A stretch of DNA of 64,000 nt from a virus, in IMG/VR virus record IMGVR_UViG_3300017773_000002, positions 24,454 through 88,453 of that record; one strand, given 5' to 3'. Positions 1 through 7,530 of this stretch are shown in pieces; the first letter of the stretch is position 1; every line of letters starts with the position of its first letter. Both the position numbers and the translations under genes were made by a program. The notes under the pieces were generated by a model. The model ran no database searches. It saw only the letters and a program-made list of their open reading frames with translations, and was not told where the DNA came from.

Positions 1-102
1 GGTCATTATGAAATAGAAGCTATAAAAAAATTAAGAAATGACCCAAATTATGATTATTATGGAAATTACATTGGAGAAAATATAAATGATGAATACGAAT
101 GA
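1..102 (+). CDS. 3' end of a hypothetical protein (partial)
   Basis: Frame 1 open from window edge to TGA 100-102 (GHYEIEAIKK...DEYE*). Confidence 0.5.
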   Translation, partial: GHYEIEAIKKLRNDPNYDYYGNYIGENINDEYE

Positions 103-307
103 AAATTTAAAAACTGTTCTACTAGGATTTCTGTTGCTTTTTGTAACATTCTTATTTTTTGTAACACTAATAAACTCTATAACTATACCTGACGTTTATG
201 TTAGCAACTCTACTGAGGAATGTGTCAAGGTTATTAATTATGATTCTAATGATAATTATTCATGTGATAATCTTCCTAGTAAGTACCACAAAGTATGGGT
301 GAAATAA
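86..307 (+). CDS. Small membrane-anchored hypothetical protein
   Basis: N-terminal hydrophobic helix, Cys pair, GGAG upstream. Confidence 0.6.
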   Translation: MMNTNENLKTVLLGFLLLFVTFLFFVTLINSITIPDVYVSNSTEECVKVINYDSNDNYSCDNLPSKYHKVWVK

Positions 308-308
308 T

Positions 309-521
309 ATGACCATGGCCTACTGCGACTACATCGCTTACACTATACTTCAACCAGCACTAGAAAAAGATAGGATTGGTGAAGGTGTTGTTAAATCTGT
401 TGGTAAGGTTAATATGGATCTTGAACCAGAAGAGGGTTATATGGTATCTACATCAAAATGGGTAGATGTTGTCGATGTAAATGGAAAGACGTACAGAGTA
501 ACTGTAGAGGAAATCGACTAG
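309..521 (+). CDS. Hypothetical protein
   Basis: Tightly packed 70-aa ORF. Confidence 0.6.
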   Translation: MTMAYCDYIAYTILQPALEKDRIGEGVVKSVGKVNMDLEPEEGYMVSTSKWVDVVDVNGKTYRVTVEEID

Positions 522-757
522 TGACACCGCAAGAGATATCAGACTTCAAACAATCTTGGATGGGTGAGACGACTTATACGTACTCCACTATGGCGTATTG
601 GACGGCTACATACTTTTGTAAGAATAACTTCGAATCCCAAAACTACCACCGTCAAAGACACGCTAACCCAGATGACTCTCACAAATTTTTATTCTTTAAA
701 GTCGAAGACTACCGAGAATTCGTAAACTTCTTTGAAGGATTCGAGTTCGAATATTAA
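521..757 (+). CDS. Hypothetical protein
   Basis: GTG overlapping previous TAG, GAGG upstream; start trimmed from 458. Confidence 0.55.
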   Translation: MTPQEISDFKQSWMGETTYTYSTMAYWTATYFCKNNFESQNYHRQRHANPDDSHKFLFFKVEDYREFVNFFEGFEFEY

Positions 758-785
758 TTTTTTTCACTTATTTTGAAAATAATAC

Positions 786-845
786 TTGACAATACTTGCC
801 CAATGAAGTATAATACTTGTATTGATTATGAGAACTGAGAGAGAA
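786..845 (+). promoter_or_regulatory. Early sigma70-type promoter and leader cassette (family B)
   Basis: TTGACA 786-791, 17 bp, TATAAT 809-814; 807-845 identical to inverted copy 52663-52701. Confidence 0.85.
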
Positions 846-851
846 AATATT

Positions 852-1022
852 ATGAAAGTTATTAAAGTAGATATAAAAGATGTTAGAGAATTTCGTTCTG
901 GTTATGAACTAGTAGAATATGAAGCTGGTACTGATCCTTTAGATGGTTTCTGTCTTTTAGGTTTTGACGAAGTTGGAATGTTCTGCGAAAATCCTCGATA
1001 TGCTTTTGTTGGAGGTCAGTAA
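852..1022 (+). CDS. Early hypothetical protein
   Basis: ATG after the GAGAGAG leader of the cassette. Confidence 0.6.
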   Translation: MKVIKVDIKDVREFRSGYELVEYEAGTDPLDGFCLLGFDEVGMFCENPRYAFVGGQ

Positions 1023-1711
1023 TGTATAATTACTTTGACTACCCTGACTACGACTCTGATGAATATAAGTATAATCAGTACTTAGGGAACCACATAAACA
1101 AACAAAATAAAGGCAGTCGTGGTAGAGATACTGAACGAAGTAAGACCTATAGTGCTGAGTGGGCCTTTCAGAGAAAGATCGAAGACATCGAGTTCAGTAC
1201 TATCGAAGAAGCTAAAAAATATGCAAAGCGAATATACAAGTCTAAGACTTGGAGAAAGCTTTGGATGGAAAGTGTCGAAGAAGACGTGTTGTCATTGATT
1301 AGAAGTCAACCTAAGATAGTTGAGATGCAAAGAAAGAGCACTCGATTTAGTGGTAAGACTGATGGATTCACTGTAGTACTAAACTCTGATGGTGGATTCA
1401 ATAGGTACACTCTCATTCATGAACTTACGCACTGCCTAGGTCATATGCATCATGGTAGATCTTTTCGAAGAACTCTTCTGAAATTAGTTGGTACCTTTAT
1501 GGGAACCAAAGAAAGAGATATTCTTAAGTCCCAATTCAAACGAAGAAAGCTGTCCGTAGGAAAATCTAGAACTCCTCTCACATTTGATGCGTGGATGGAG
1601 TCTCGAAAACGTATGGAGAAGCTTCGAGAAGAGAAAGAGTTCCGTGCCGAGTGTCTTGCAATGCACGAGAAACTAGAAAAAAGAAGACTAAGAAAATTAG
1701 AAAATGCTTGA
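1022..1711 (+). CDS. HExxH zinc metallohydrolase (SprT/Rv0185-like)
   Basis: RDTERSKTYSAE N-motif; LIHELTH...HHGRSF. Confidence 0.7.
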   Translation: MYNYFDYPDYDSDEYKYNQYLGNHINKQNKGSRGRDTERSKTYSAEWAFQRKIEDIEFSTIEEAKKYAKRIYKSKTWRKLWMESVEEDVLSLIRSQPKIVEMQRKSTRFSGKTDGFTVVLNSDGGFNRYTLIHELTHCLGHMHHGRSFRRTLLKLVGTFMGTKERDILKSQFKRRKLSVGKSRTPLTFDAWMESRKRMEKLREEKEFRAECLAMHEKLEKRRLRKLENA

Positions 1712-1736
1712 CAATGAATGAAAAGTGTGTTATAAT
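1708..1736 (+). promoter_or_regulatory. Early sigma70-type promoter
   Basis: TTGACA-17-TATAAT; the TGA within -35 is the upstream stop codon. Confidence 0.85.
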
Positions 1737-1771
1737 TCCCCCTACATTAATGATTAAAGTGAGAACTTGTT

Positions 1772-2452
1772 ATGTTCAATCATGTTGATATTGAATTGAA
1801 AGAGATGACTGCGGTAACTACCGATAAAGGTCGTCAGTACAGAACACCCGAAGGTGTGAACTTACCTTCTATAACTACAGTCCTATCTATTCTAAGTAGG
1901 GACTCTATTGCCAAGTGGCGAGCTCGAGTTGGTGAGAAGGAAGCTAATAGGATTTCCTATCGTTCATCTACTCGTGGAACTGCCGTTCACGAAATCATTG
2001 AAAAGTATATCGACAATGATCCAGATTATCGTTTGGGTTATACTCCCGATATTGTCGCTTCTCTTAATGATGTCAAACCAATTCTCGATAGTAATATCGA
2101 TAATGTCTATGCCCAAGAGGCACCCCTCTACAGTAACCATCTTGGTGTTGCTGGCCGAGTCGACTGCATTGCAGAATATAACGGAAAACTTTCCATCATC
2201 GACTTCAAAACTTCTATGAAACCAAAGCGAAAAGATTGGATCAATAACTACTTCATGCAAGAAGCTGCTTATGCTATTATGTTTGAAGAAAGAACTGGTA
2301 GACCAATAACTCAGTTGGTTACCATTATATCGGTTGATGGTGCGAATGAACCACAAATATTTGTCGAACATCGTGACAATTGGGTTCGTCCTCTCAGAGA
2401 AACTATCGCAAAATATAATAAGGAACAAGAATCCACTTGCGTTTTATTATAA
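1772..2452 (+). CDS. PD-(D/E)XK exonuclease (Cas4/RecB-like, typical of T4-like phages)
   Basis: PSITTVL, RGTAVH, AGRVDCI, IIDFKTS, QxAAY motifs. Confidence 0.85.
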   Translation: MFNHVDIELKEMTAVTTDKGRQYRTPEGVNLPSITTVLSILSRDSIAKWRARVGEKEANRISYRSSTRGTAVHEIIEKYIDNDPDYRLGYTPDIVASLNDVKPILDSNIDNVYAQEAPLYSNHLGVAGRVDCIAEYNGKLSIIDFKTSMKPKRKDWINNYFMQEAAYAIMFEERTGRPITQLVTIISVDGANEPQIFVEHRDNWVRPLRETIAKYNKEQESTCVLL

Positions 2453-2465
2453 ATAGTGGTATAAT
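2437..2465 (+). promoter_or_regulatory. Nested early (TTGCGT-17-TATAAT) and late (TATAAATA) promoters
   Basis: TATAAATA 2448-2455 lies inside the spacer of a sigma70-like promoter. Confidence 0.65.
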
Positions 2466-2496
2466 AATCCACTATAATAAAATAAGGCGTTAGACA

Positions 2497-2865
2497 ATGT
2501 TAGTACATAAACATTTGATAATACGTGCTGAGTGCATGGACCCTCCTACATGTCCTGAATATGTGGAACGGTGGTTGAAAAATATGGTAGAATTGATAGG
2601 TATGAAAGTATGTAGGGGTCCTATCAGCGCATATGTCGATGTAAAGGGCAACGAAGGAGCTACAGGAGTTGTTATTATAGAAACTTCTCATATCGCAATT
2701 CATGTCTGGGATCACAGATCTCCCGCTCTAGTGCAACTTGATGTGTATACTTGCGGTGATTTTGAACCACAGAAGATTTTCAATGCACTTAAAGAGTTTG
2801 ATGTCACTAAACTAGAATACAAATATTTGGATAGAGAACACGAATTAGTTGAAATACCATTATAA
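2497..2865 (+). CDS. speD: Pyruvoyl-dependent S-adenosylmethionine decarboxylase family proenzyme
   Basis: HKHLI, GATGVVIIETSHIAIHVW, LDVYTCG. Confidence 0.85.
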   Translation: MLVHKHLIIRAECMDPPTCPEYVERWLKNMVELIGMKVCRGPISAYVDVKGNEGATGVVIIETSHIAIHVWDHRSPALVQLDVYTCGDFEPQKIFNALKEFDVTKLEYKYLDREHELVEIPL

Positions 2866-2870
2866 AGGGC

Positions 2871-2899
2871 TTGACAATTTTTATTTCATAGTGTATATT
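2871..2899 (+). promoter_or_regulatory. Probable early promoter
   Basis: TTGACA-17-TATATT with TG extension. Confidence 0.6.
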
Positions 2900-2934
2900 A
2901 TGATTATAAATTAAATTTTACAGGATATTTTAAA

Positions 2935-4002
2935 ATGGCTTATAATTTTTTTCCAAAAAACGGAGTTGAGCTTTCTGAGGGCATAAAAAATCTTAGTGGT
3001 AAGGAACAATCTGAAATTACTACATTGTTTCACTATCTTAAGGAGACCACTGGAATGGAGTCTCCAATCAATATAGATAAAAATAAACCTAGAAATGTTA
3101 ATGTTTCTCGTGCTATTGATGGTACTATAACTTTACAACAAATAAAAAGAAACGCAAAATTAGATAAAATAAAAATTAAATTCGGAAATGGTAGTTCGGG
3201 AAATCGTGGAGTAAACAACCGAGGAAATCTCTTTGAACCTCAGTTTGCTGATGCTATATTAAAATGGTGGGAAGGTGATACTACAGGTATTAACAAAGAA
3301 ATGTTAGATGCTATTGAGGATATCGATAATACATATAATCTTCGAGGAAGTTCTACATTAAAAATTGATGTTGTTGGTGGGGAAAATACCAAAAGGCCTT
3401 TAAAATTCTCTCCAACTATATTGTTGACTAACACTAAGGGTACTGGTAATGATATAGGAAAATCTGTTACTGATATTACATTGCACACAGACTCCGAAAA
3501 AATATACCTTTCTCTTAAACTAGGTACAACTACCACCTTTTTCAATGTTGGGGTTAGAAAAATTTTAACTCCTACCGAAATAAAGAATAATAATATAACA
3601 AATGTTAATGGTCTGAAATTATTAAAAACCTTTGGGATAGATTCCGATATATTTTGTTCGGTATTTAATCAAACTTTTGATGGGAGAAATTTTCAGAGAA
3701 AAATTATTAAATATGACAATAATGCTGTAAAAAAACTTTTAGAAAGTGGTGTCGGTTACGGTTATCATATCATTCATAAGATGCGTGGAAAGATATTATC
3801 TAAACAGATGAATAAAAAATCTATGCAGATAGCATCCAAACCGCAATCTCTAACAGTATTTTATGGTGGAAAAACTGGTCGAGGCAGAAGAGTTGACATG
3901 GTATTAGAAACTCCAACCTACACCATGAAACTTAATATAAGAGACACTCAGGGTGGTGATGGTTATCCTACGCGAATGATGTGCGATTTTACTTATAAGT
4001 AA
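2935..4002 (+). CDS. Putative PD-(D/E)XK-fold nuclease-like protein
   Basis: GNLFE...TDITL...YLSLK pattern. Confidence 0.5.
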   Translation: MAYNFFPKNGVELSEGIKNLSGKEQSEITTLFHYLKETTGMESPINIDKNKPRNVNVSRAIDGTITLQQIKRNAKLDKIKIKFGNGSSGNRGVNNRGNLFEPQFADAILKWWEGDTTGINKEMLDAIEDIDNTYNLRGSSTLKIDVVGGENTKRPLKFSPTILLTNTKGTGNDIGKSVTDITLHTDSEKIYLSLKLGTTTTFFNVGVRKILTPTEIKNNNITNVNGLKLLKTFGIDSDIFCSVFNQTFDGRNFQRKIIKYDNNAVKKLLESGVGYGYHIIHKMRGKILSKQMNKKSMQIASKPQSLTVFYGGKTGRGRRVDMVLETPTYTMKLNIRDTQGGDGYPTRMMCDFTYK

Positions 4003-4007
4003 CTATT

Positions 4008-5228
4008 ATGCAATTTAATCAATTTATAACAGAACAAAAGAACACTCACATGACCCACATAGAGGATAAGGTTCTCTATGGGGGCGTGAATGGTACACGT
4101 CAGGCTATCTTTGCATTAAGGAGTTTGCGAGATATGTTGGCTGGGAAGAAGTCTTCCAAACTCTCAGTAAAATGGGATGGCGCACCCGCTGTGTTCGCTG
4201 GACAAGATCCTTCGGACGGCAAGTTCTTTGTAGCGAAGAAAGGAATCTTCGCCAAGAACCCAAAGGTTTATAAGACAGACGAAGAAATTGATAAGGATAT
4301 GTCTGGAGACTTGGCTTCAAAGATGAAAGATGCATTAAAGTATCTTCCAGAATTAGGAATCAAAGGAGTTGTCCAAGGTGACTTCGTATTTTCAAAACAA
4401 GATTTATCTAAGAAAAAGATTGACGGTACAAGTTATGTTGTGTTTCATCCAAACACTATTGCATATGCGGTTCCGGTAGAACAAGCTAAAGAAATACTTC
4501 GTGCTAAGATTGGTATTGTATGGCACACTACTTATACCGGAAACACCTTCGAGTCTATGAAGGCTTCATACGGGGTTGATGTTTCTAGGTTCAAAAAATC
4601 TACCAATGTATGGTCACAGGATGCAATGTTGCGTGATGTCTCTAGTGCCACAATGAATGAGAAGGAAACTGAGGAAGTTAATAAACACCTAAGTACTTGT
4701 GGAGTCTTGTTTAATAAGATATCTGGAACTACTTTACGACAACTGGAGAGTAACCAAGATCTCGCACAACTACTGGAACAATACAACAACACTTTAGTGC
4801 GCAAAGGAATGATCATAGGTAACACTTCTATGCACGTAAAAGGATTGTTGAAATGGATAGAATCTAAGTACCAGAAAGAGATAGATAAGAGGAAGACTGA
4901 GAAGGGTAAAGGTGTTCAGCAGAAGAAGTTAGACGAAATACTAAAATTCTTCTCTCCTCAGAACAGAAAATCTCTTATTAGTATGTACGAATTACAGAAA
5001 AGTATCGTACTTGCGAAGTTAATTCTTATAAATAAACTTAACAGATTGAAGAAAATTGACACATTTGTCAAAACACCCAATGGTTACAAGGTAACTGGAG
5101 AAGAAGGTTACGTAGCTATTGATGTAATTGGTGGTGATGCGGTGAAGTTAGTTGATCGTATGGAGTTCTCATACAATAACTTTTCACCTGATATACTTAA
5201 AGGATGGGATAAACCAACTAGGAACTAA
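4008..5228 (+). CDS. Ligase-like covalent nucleotidyltransferase (DUF6267-like) with capsid-targeting N-terminus
   Basis: NTHMTHIED; KWDG (motif I), QGD, EGYV (IV), KLVDR (V); N-terminus MQFNQFITE. Confidence 0.7.
   Translation: MQFNQFITEQKNTHMTHIEDKVLYGGVNGTRQAIFALRSLRDMLAGKKSSKLSVKWDGAPAVFAGQDPSDGKFFVAKKGIFAKNPKVYKTDEEIDKDMSGDLASKMKDALKYLPELGIKGVVQGDFVFSKQDLSKKKIDGTSYVVFHPNTIAYAVPVEQAKEILRAKIGIVWHTTYTGNTFESMKASYGVDVSRFKKSTNVWSQDAMLRDVSSATMNEKETEEVNKHLSTCGVLFNKISGTTLRQLESNQDLAQLLEQYNNTLVRKGMIIGNTSMHVKGLLKWIESKYQKEIDKRKTEKGKGVQQKKLDEILKFFSPQNRKSLISMYELQKSIVLAKLILINKLNRLKKIDTFVKTPNGYKVTGEEGYVAIDVIGGDAVKLVDRMEFSYNNFSPDILKGWDKPTRN
5017..5024 (+). promoter_or_regulatory. Possible T4-type late promoter
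   Basis: TATAAATA about 200 bp upstream of 5230; lies inside a CDS. Confidence 0.45.
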
Positions 5229-5229
5229 A

Positions 5230-5694
5230 ATGGCCAAGAAAATTCTAGGATTAAAGGATTTTATTGCTGTTGATTACACCATGACTGGTGACGAACAGTT
5301 AGCAAAAAAATCAAAGAAAAGAAAGAACGAAGAGGTAGAAGATACCAACGAAGTTCTTGACATTGCCCAGAGACGTGCGCGTGGTAGAATGATGAAGCGC
5401 ATGAAGTCTAAAATTGCTATGGGTAAAAGACGTGCCGCACGTAAAGTGGCATCCATTGACAAACTCAAGGTTCGTGCTAGAAGACAAGCACGAAACATGA
5501 TGGTCAAAAAAATTACTAAAGATATTCCTAAAGCTGACCTCTCAATGGCCAGAAAGAAGGAAATTGAAAAGAGATTAGAAAAACCTGCCTTTAAGAATCG
5601 TATAGATAGAATTGCACGTAAATCATTACCCAAGGTAAGACGTGCAGAGATCGAGAAAAAACGAGGAAGTAAGAATAAGGAAGGTAATAAGTAA
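5230..5694 (+). CDS. Highly basic putative internal head/core protein
   Basis: Acidic pro-segment then Arg/Lys-rich body (QRRARGRMMKRMK). Confidence 0.6.
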   Translation: MAKKILGLKDFIAVDYTMTGDEQLAKKSKKRKNEEVEDTNEVLDIAQRRARGRMMKRMKSKIAMGKRRAARKVASIDKLKVRARRQARNMMVKKITKDIPKADLSMARKKEIEKRLEKPAFKNRIDRIARKSLPKVRRAEIEKKRGSKNKEGNK

Positions 5695-7508
5695 TGCCAA
5701 TTAAGAATTTTTCTCAATATCTAGTTGAAGAAGAACGATCGGTATTTTTTACGTTTGGGAGAATGAATCCTCCTACTATTGGTCATGGGAAAGTCATGGA
5801 CACTCTTGCCGCAAAGTCTGGTAAGAATGACTATAAAGTATATGTGTCTCAATCACAAAACTCCAAGAAAGACCCACTCTCTTATGGAGACAAGGTAAAA
5901 CATATTCGAAAGATGTTCCCAAAACACGGTAGGAACATCATGATTGACAAGAAAGTTAAGACAGCATTTGATGCGGTTGTATCTCTTTATGATCAAGGTT
6001 ATAAGAGTGTAACTATGATTGTTGGTGCTGATAGAGTTCGTGAGTTTGATGTACTCCTAAAGAAATACAACGGAGTCAAAGCTCGACACGGATTCTACAA
6101 CTTTAAGAATATTAACATTGTTTCTGCTGGTGCAAGAGACCCTGACGCTGAAGGTGTCGAGGGTATGTCCGCATCTAAACAAAGAGAGAACGCCAAAAAG
6201 AATGACTTTGTCTCATTCTCTCAAGGTGTTTCTAAGTCTATGTCTAATTCGGACGCACGTAAGTTATTCAACGATGTTCGTTCGGGTATGGGACTAAAAG
6301 AAACTACCGAATTCCGAAATCATGTGTCACTTACTCCTCTTTCAGAAGAAAGAGAAGCGTTTGTACGTGGAGAATTATTCTCCGTTGGCGATATGGTTGT
6401 CATCAAAGAATCTGAAGAAATCGGTAAGGTTATTCAATTAGGCGCTAACTTTGTTATAGTCGAGTCTAACGGTAAGGAATACCGAAAGTGGTTGAATTCG
6501 ATTGAAAAACTGGATGAAGCTTGTTGGAAAGGTTACAAACAAGTTGGAATGAAGAAGAAAGGTGCTAAGATGGTACCTGACTGCGTACCAGAAGAGTCTG
6601 GTGCTGGTGAAGAAGGAACTGATAAGTTAGTTAAAAAGTATAAGAAAGATACGCCTATGCAAGAAAAGAAACGAAAGGTTTCTGAGGGATTATCTATTAG
6701 GAGTATGATGGAAGAAGTTTCTCAAAAAGAGTTAAATGACTTAGAGAAATTTGCTGACAGACTACTAAATAAGTTTGATGTTGATATAGAATTCACTCGT
6801 CACTTTGCTGATCGAATGAATGATAAAAGAAACAAACCATCCATTACTATCGCTGAACTACAGCGTCTGTTTAAGAAGATGGCGATGAACAAAGGTAAAA
6901 AGATAAAGAAACATGGTAACAGAGAAGCAATCCTAAAGGATATGCAGTCTGACCTAAATTTACCTGTCGTGGTTAACTGGAAGAATGGTGAGTTTGAAGT
7001 TGTAAATAAAACGATTATGCGGAAGAAGGCATTCAAATCTCCTGATCCACAAATTAAATACGAAGCACAAGACCCAGATATTAAGGATCGTGAAGGTACA
7101 CAACCAGCACGATACCATAAAGGATTGAAGAAGTCTACAAAGGCTAAGAGAGACGCCCATTTTAAGAAGCATGGTAAGAAAGCGGACGATGATTCATCTG
7201 CATACAAACCAGCTCCGGGCGACAAATCTGCCGAAACTAAACCTTCAAAGTACACTAAGGCTTTCAGAGATATGTACAACGAAGAACATAGTATGGAAAA
7301 TGTTAATGAATCTTCTTTTGAAGACAAGTCAAAGAAGAGTGGAATATCAGTTGCGACACTTAAGAAGGTATATCGACGAGGTGTTGCTGCATGGAAAACT
7401 GGCCATAGGCCCGGCACGACTCCGGAACAATGGGGTCATGCAAGAGTGAATGCGTTTATAGTAAAGAAGAAAAAGGGTGGTCTTAACCACGATAAAGACT
7501 TAGCATAA
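5694..7508 (+). CDS. HIGH-family nucleotidyltransferase (cytidylyl/NMN adenylyltransferase-like) polyprotein with C-terminal DUF5824-like domain
   Basis: GRMNPPTIGH, GADR, MSASKQR; C-terminal RGVAAWKTGHRPG..QWGHARVN. Confidence 0.75.
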   Translation: MPIKNFSQYLVEEERSVFFTFGRMNPPTIGHGKVMDTLAAKSGKNDYKVYVSQSQNSKKDPLSYGDKVKHIRKMFPKHGRNIMIDKKVKTAFDAVVSLYDQGYKSVTMIVGADRVREFDVLLKKYNGVKARHGFYNFKNINIVSAGARDPDAEGVEGMSASKQRENAKKNDFVSFSQGVSKSMSNSDARKLFNDVRSGMGLKETTEFRNHVSLTPLSEEREAFVRGELFSVGDMVVIKESEEIGKVIQLGANFVIVESNGKEYRKWLNSIEKLDEACWKGYKQVGMKKKGAKMVPDCVPEESGAGEEGTDKLVKKYKKDTPMQEKKRKVSEGLSIRSMMEEVSQKELNDLEKFADRLLNKFDVDIEFTRHFADRMNDKRNKPSITIAELQRLFKKMAMNKGKKIKKHGNREAILKDMQSDLNLPVVVNWKNGEFEVVNKTIMRKKAFKSPDPQIKYEAQDPDIKDREGTQPARYHKGLKKSTKAKRDAHFKKHGKKADDDSSAYKPAPGDKSAETKPSKYTKAFRDMYNEEHSMENVNESSFEDKSKKSGISVATLKKVYRRGVAAWKTGHRPGTTPEQWGHARVNAFIVKKKKGGLNHDKDLA

Positions 7509-7530
7509 AAATTTAAGGAATTTAAAACAA

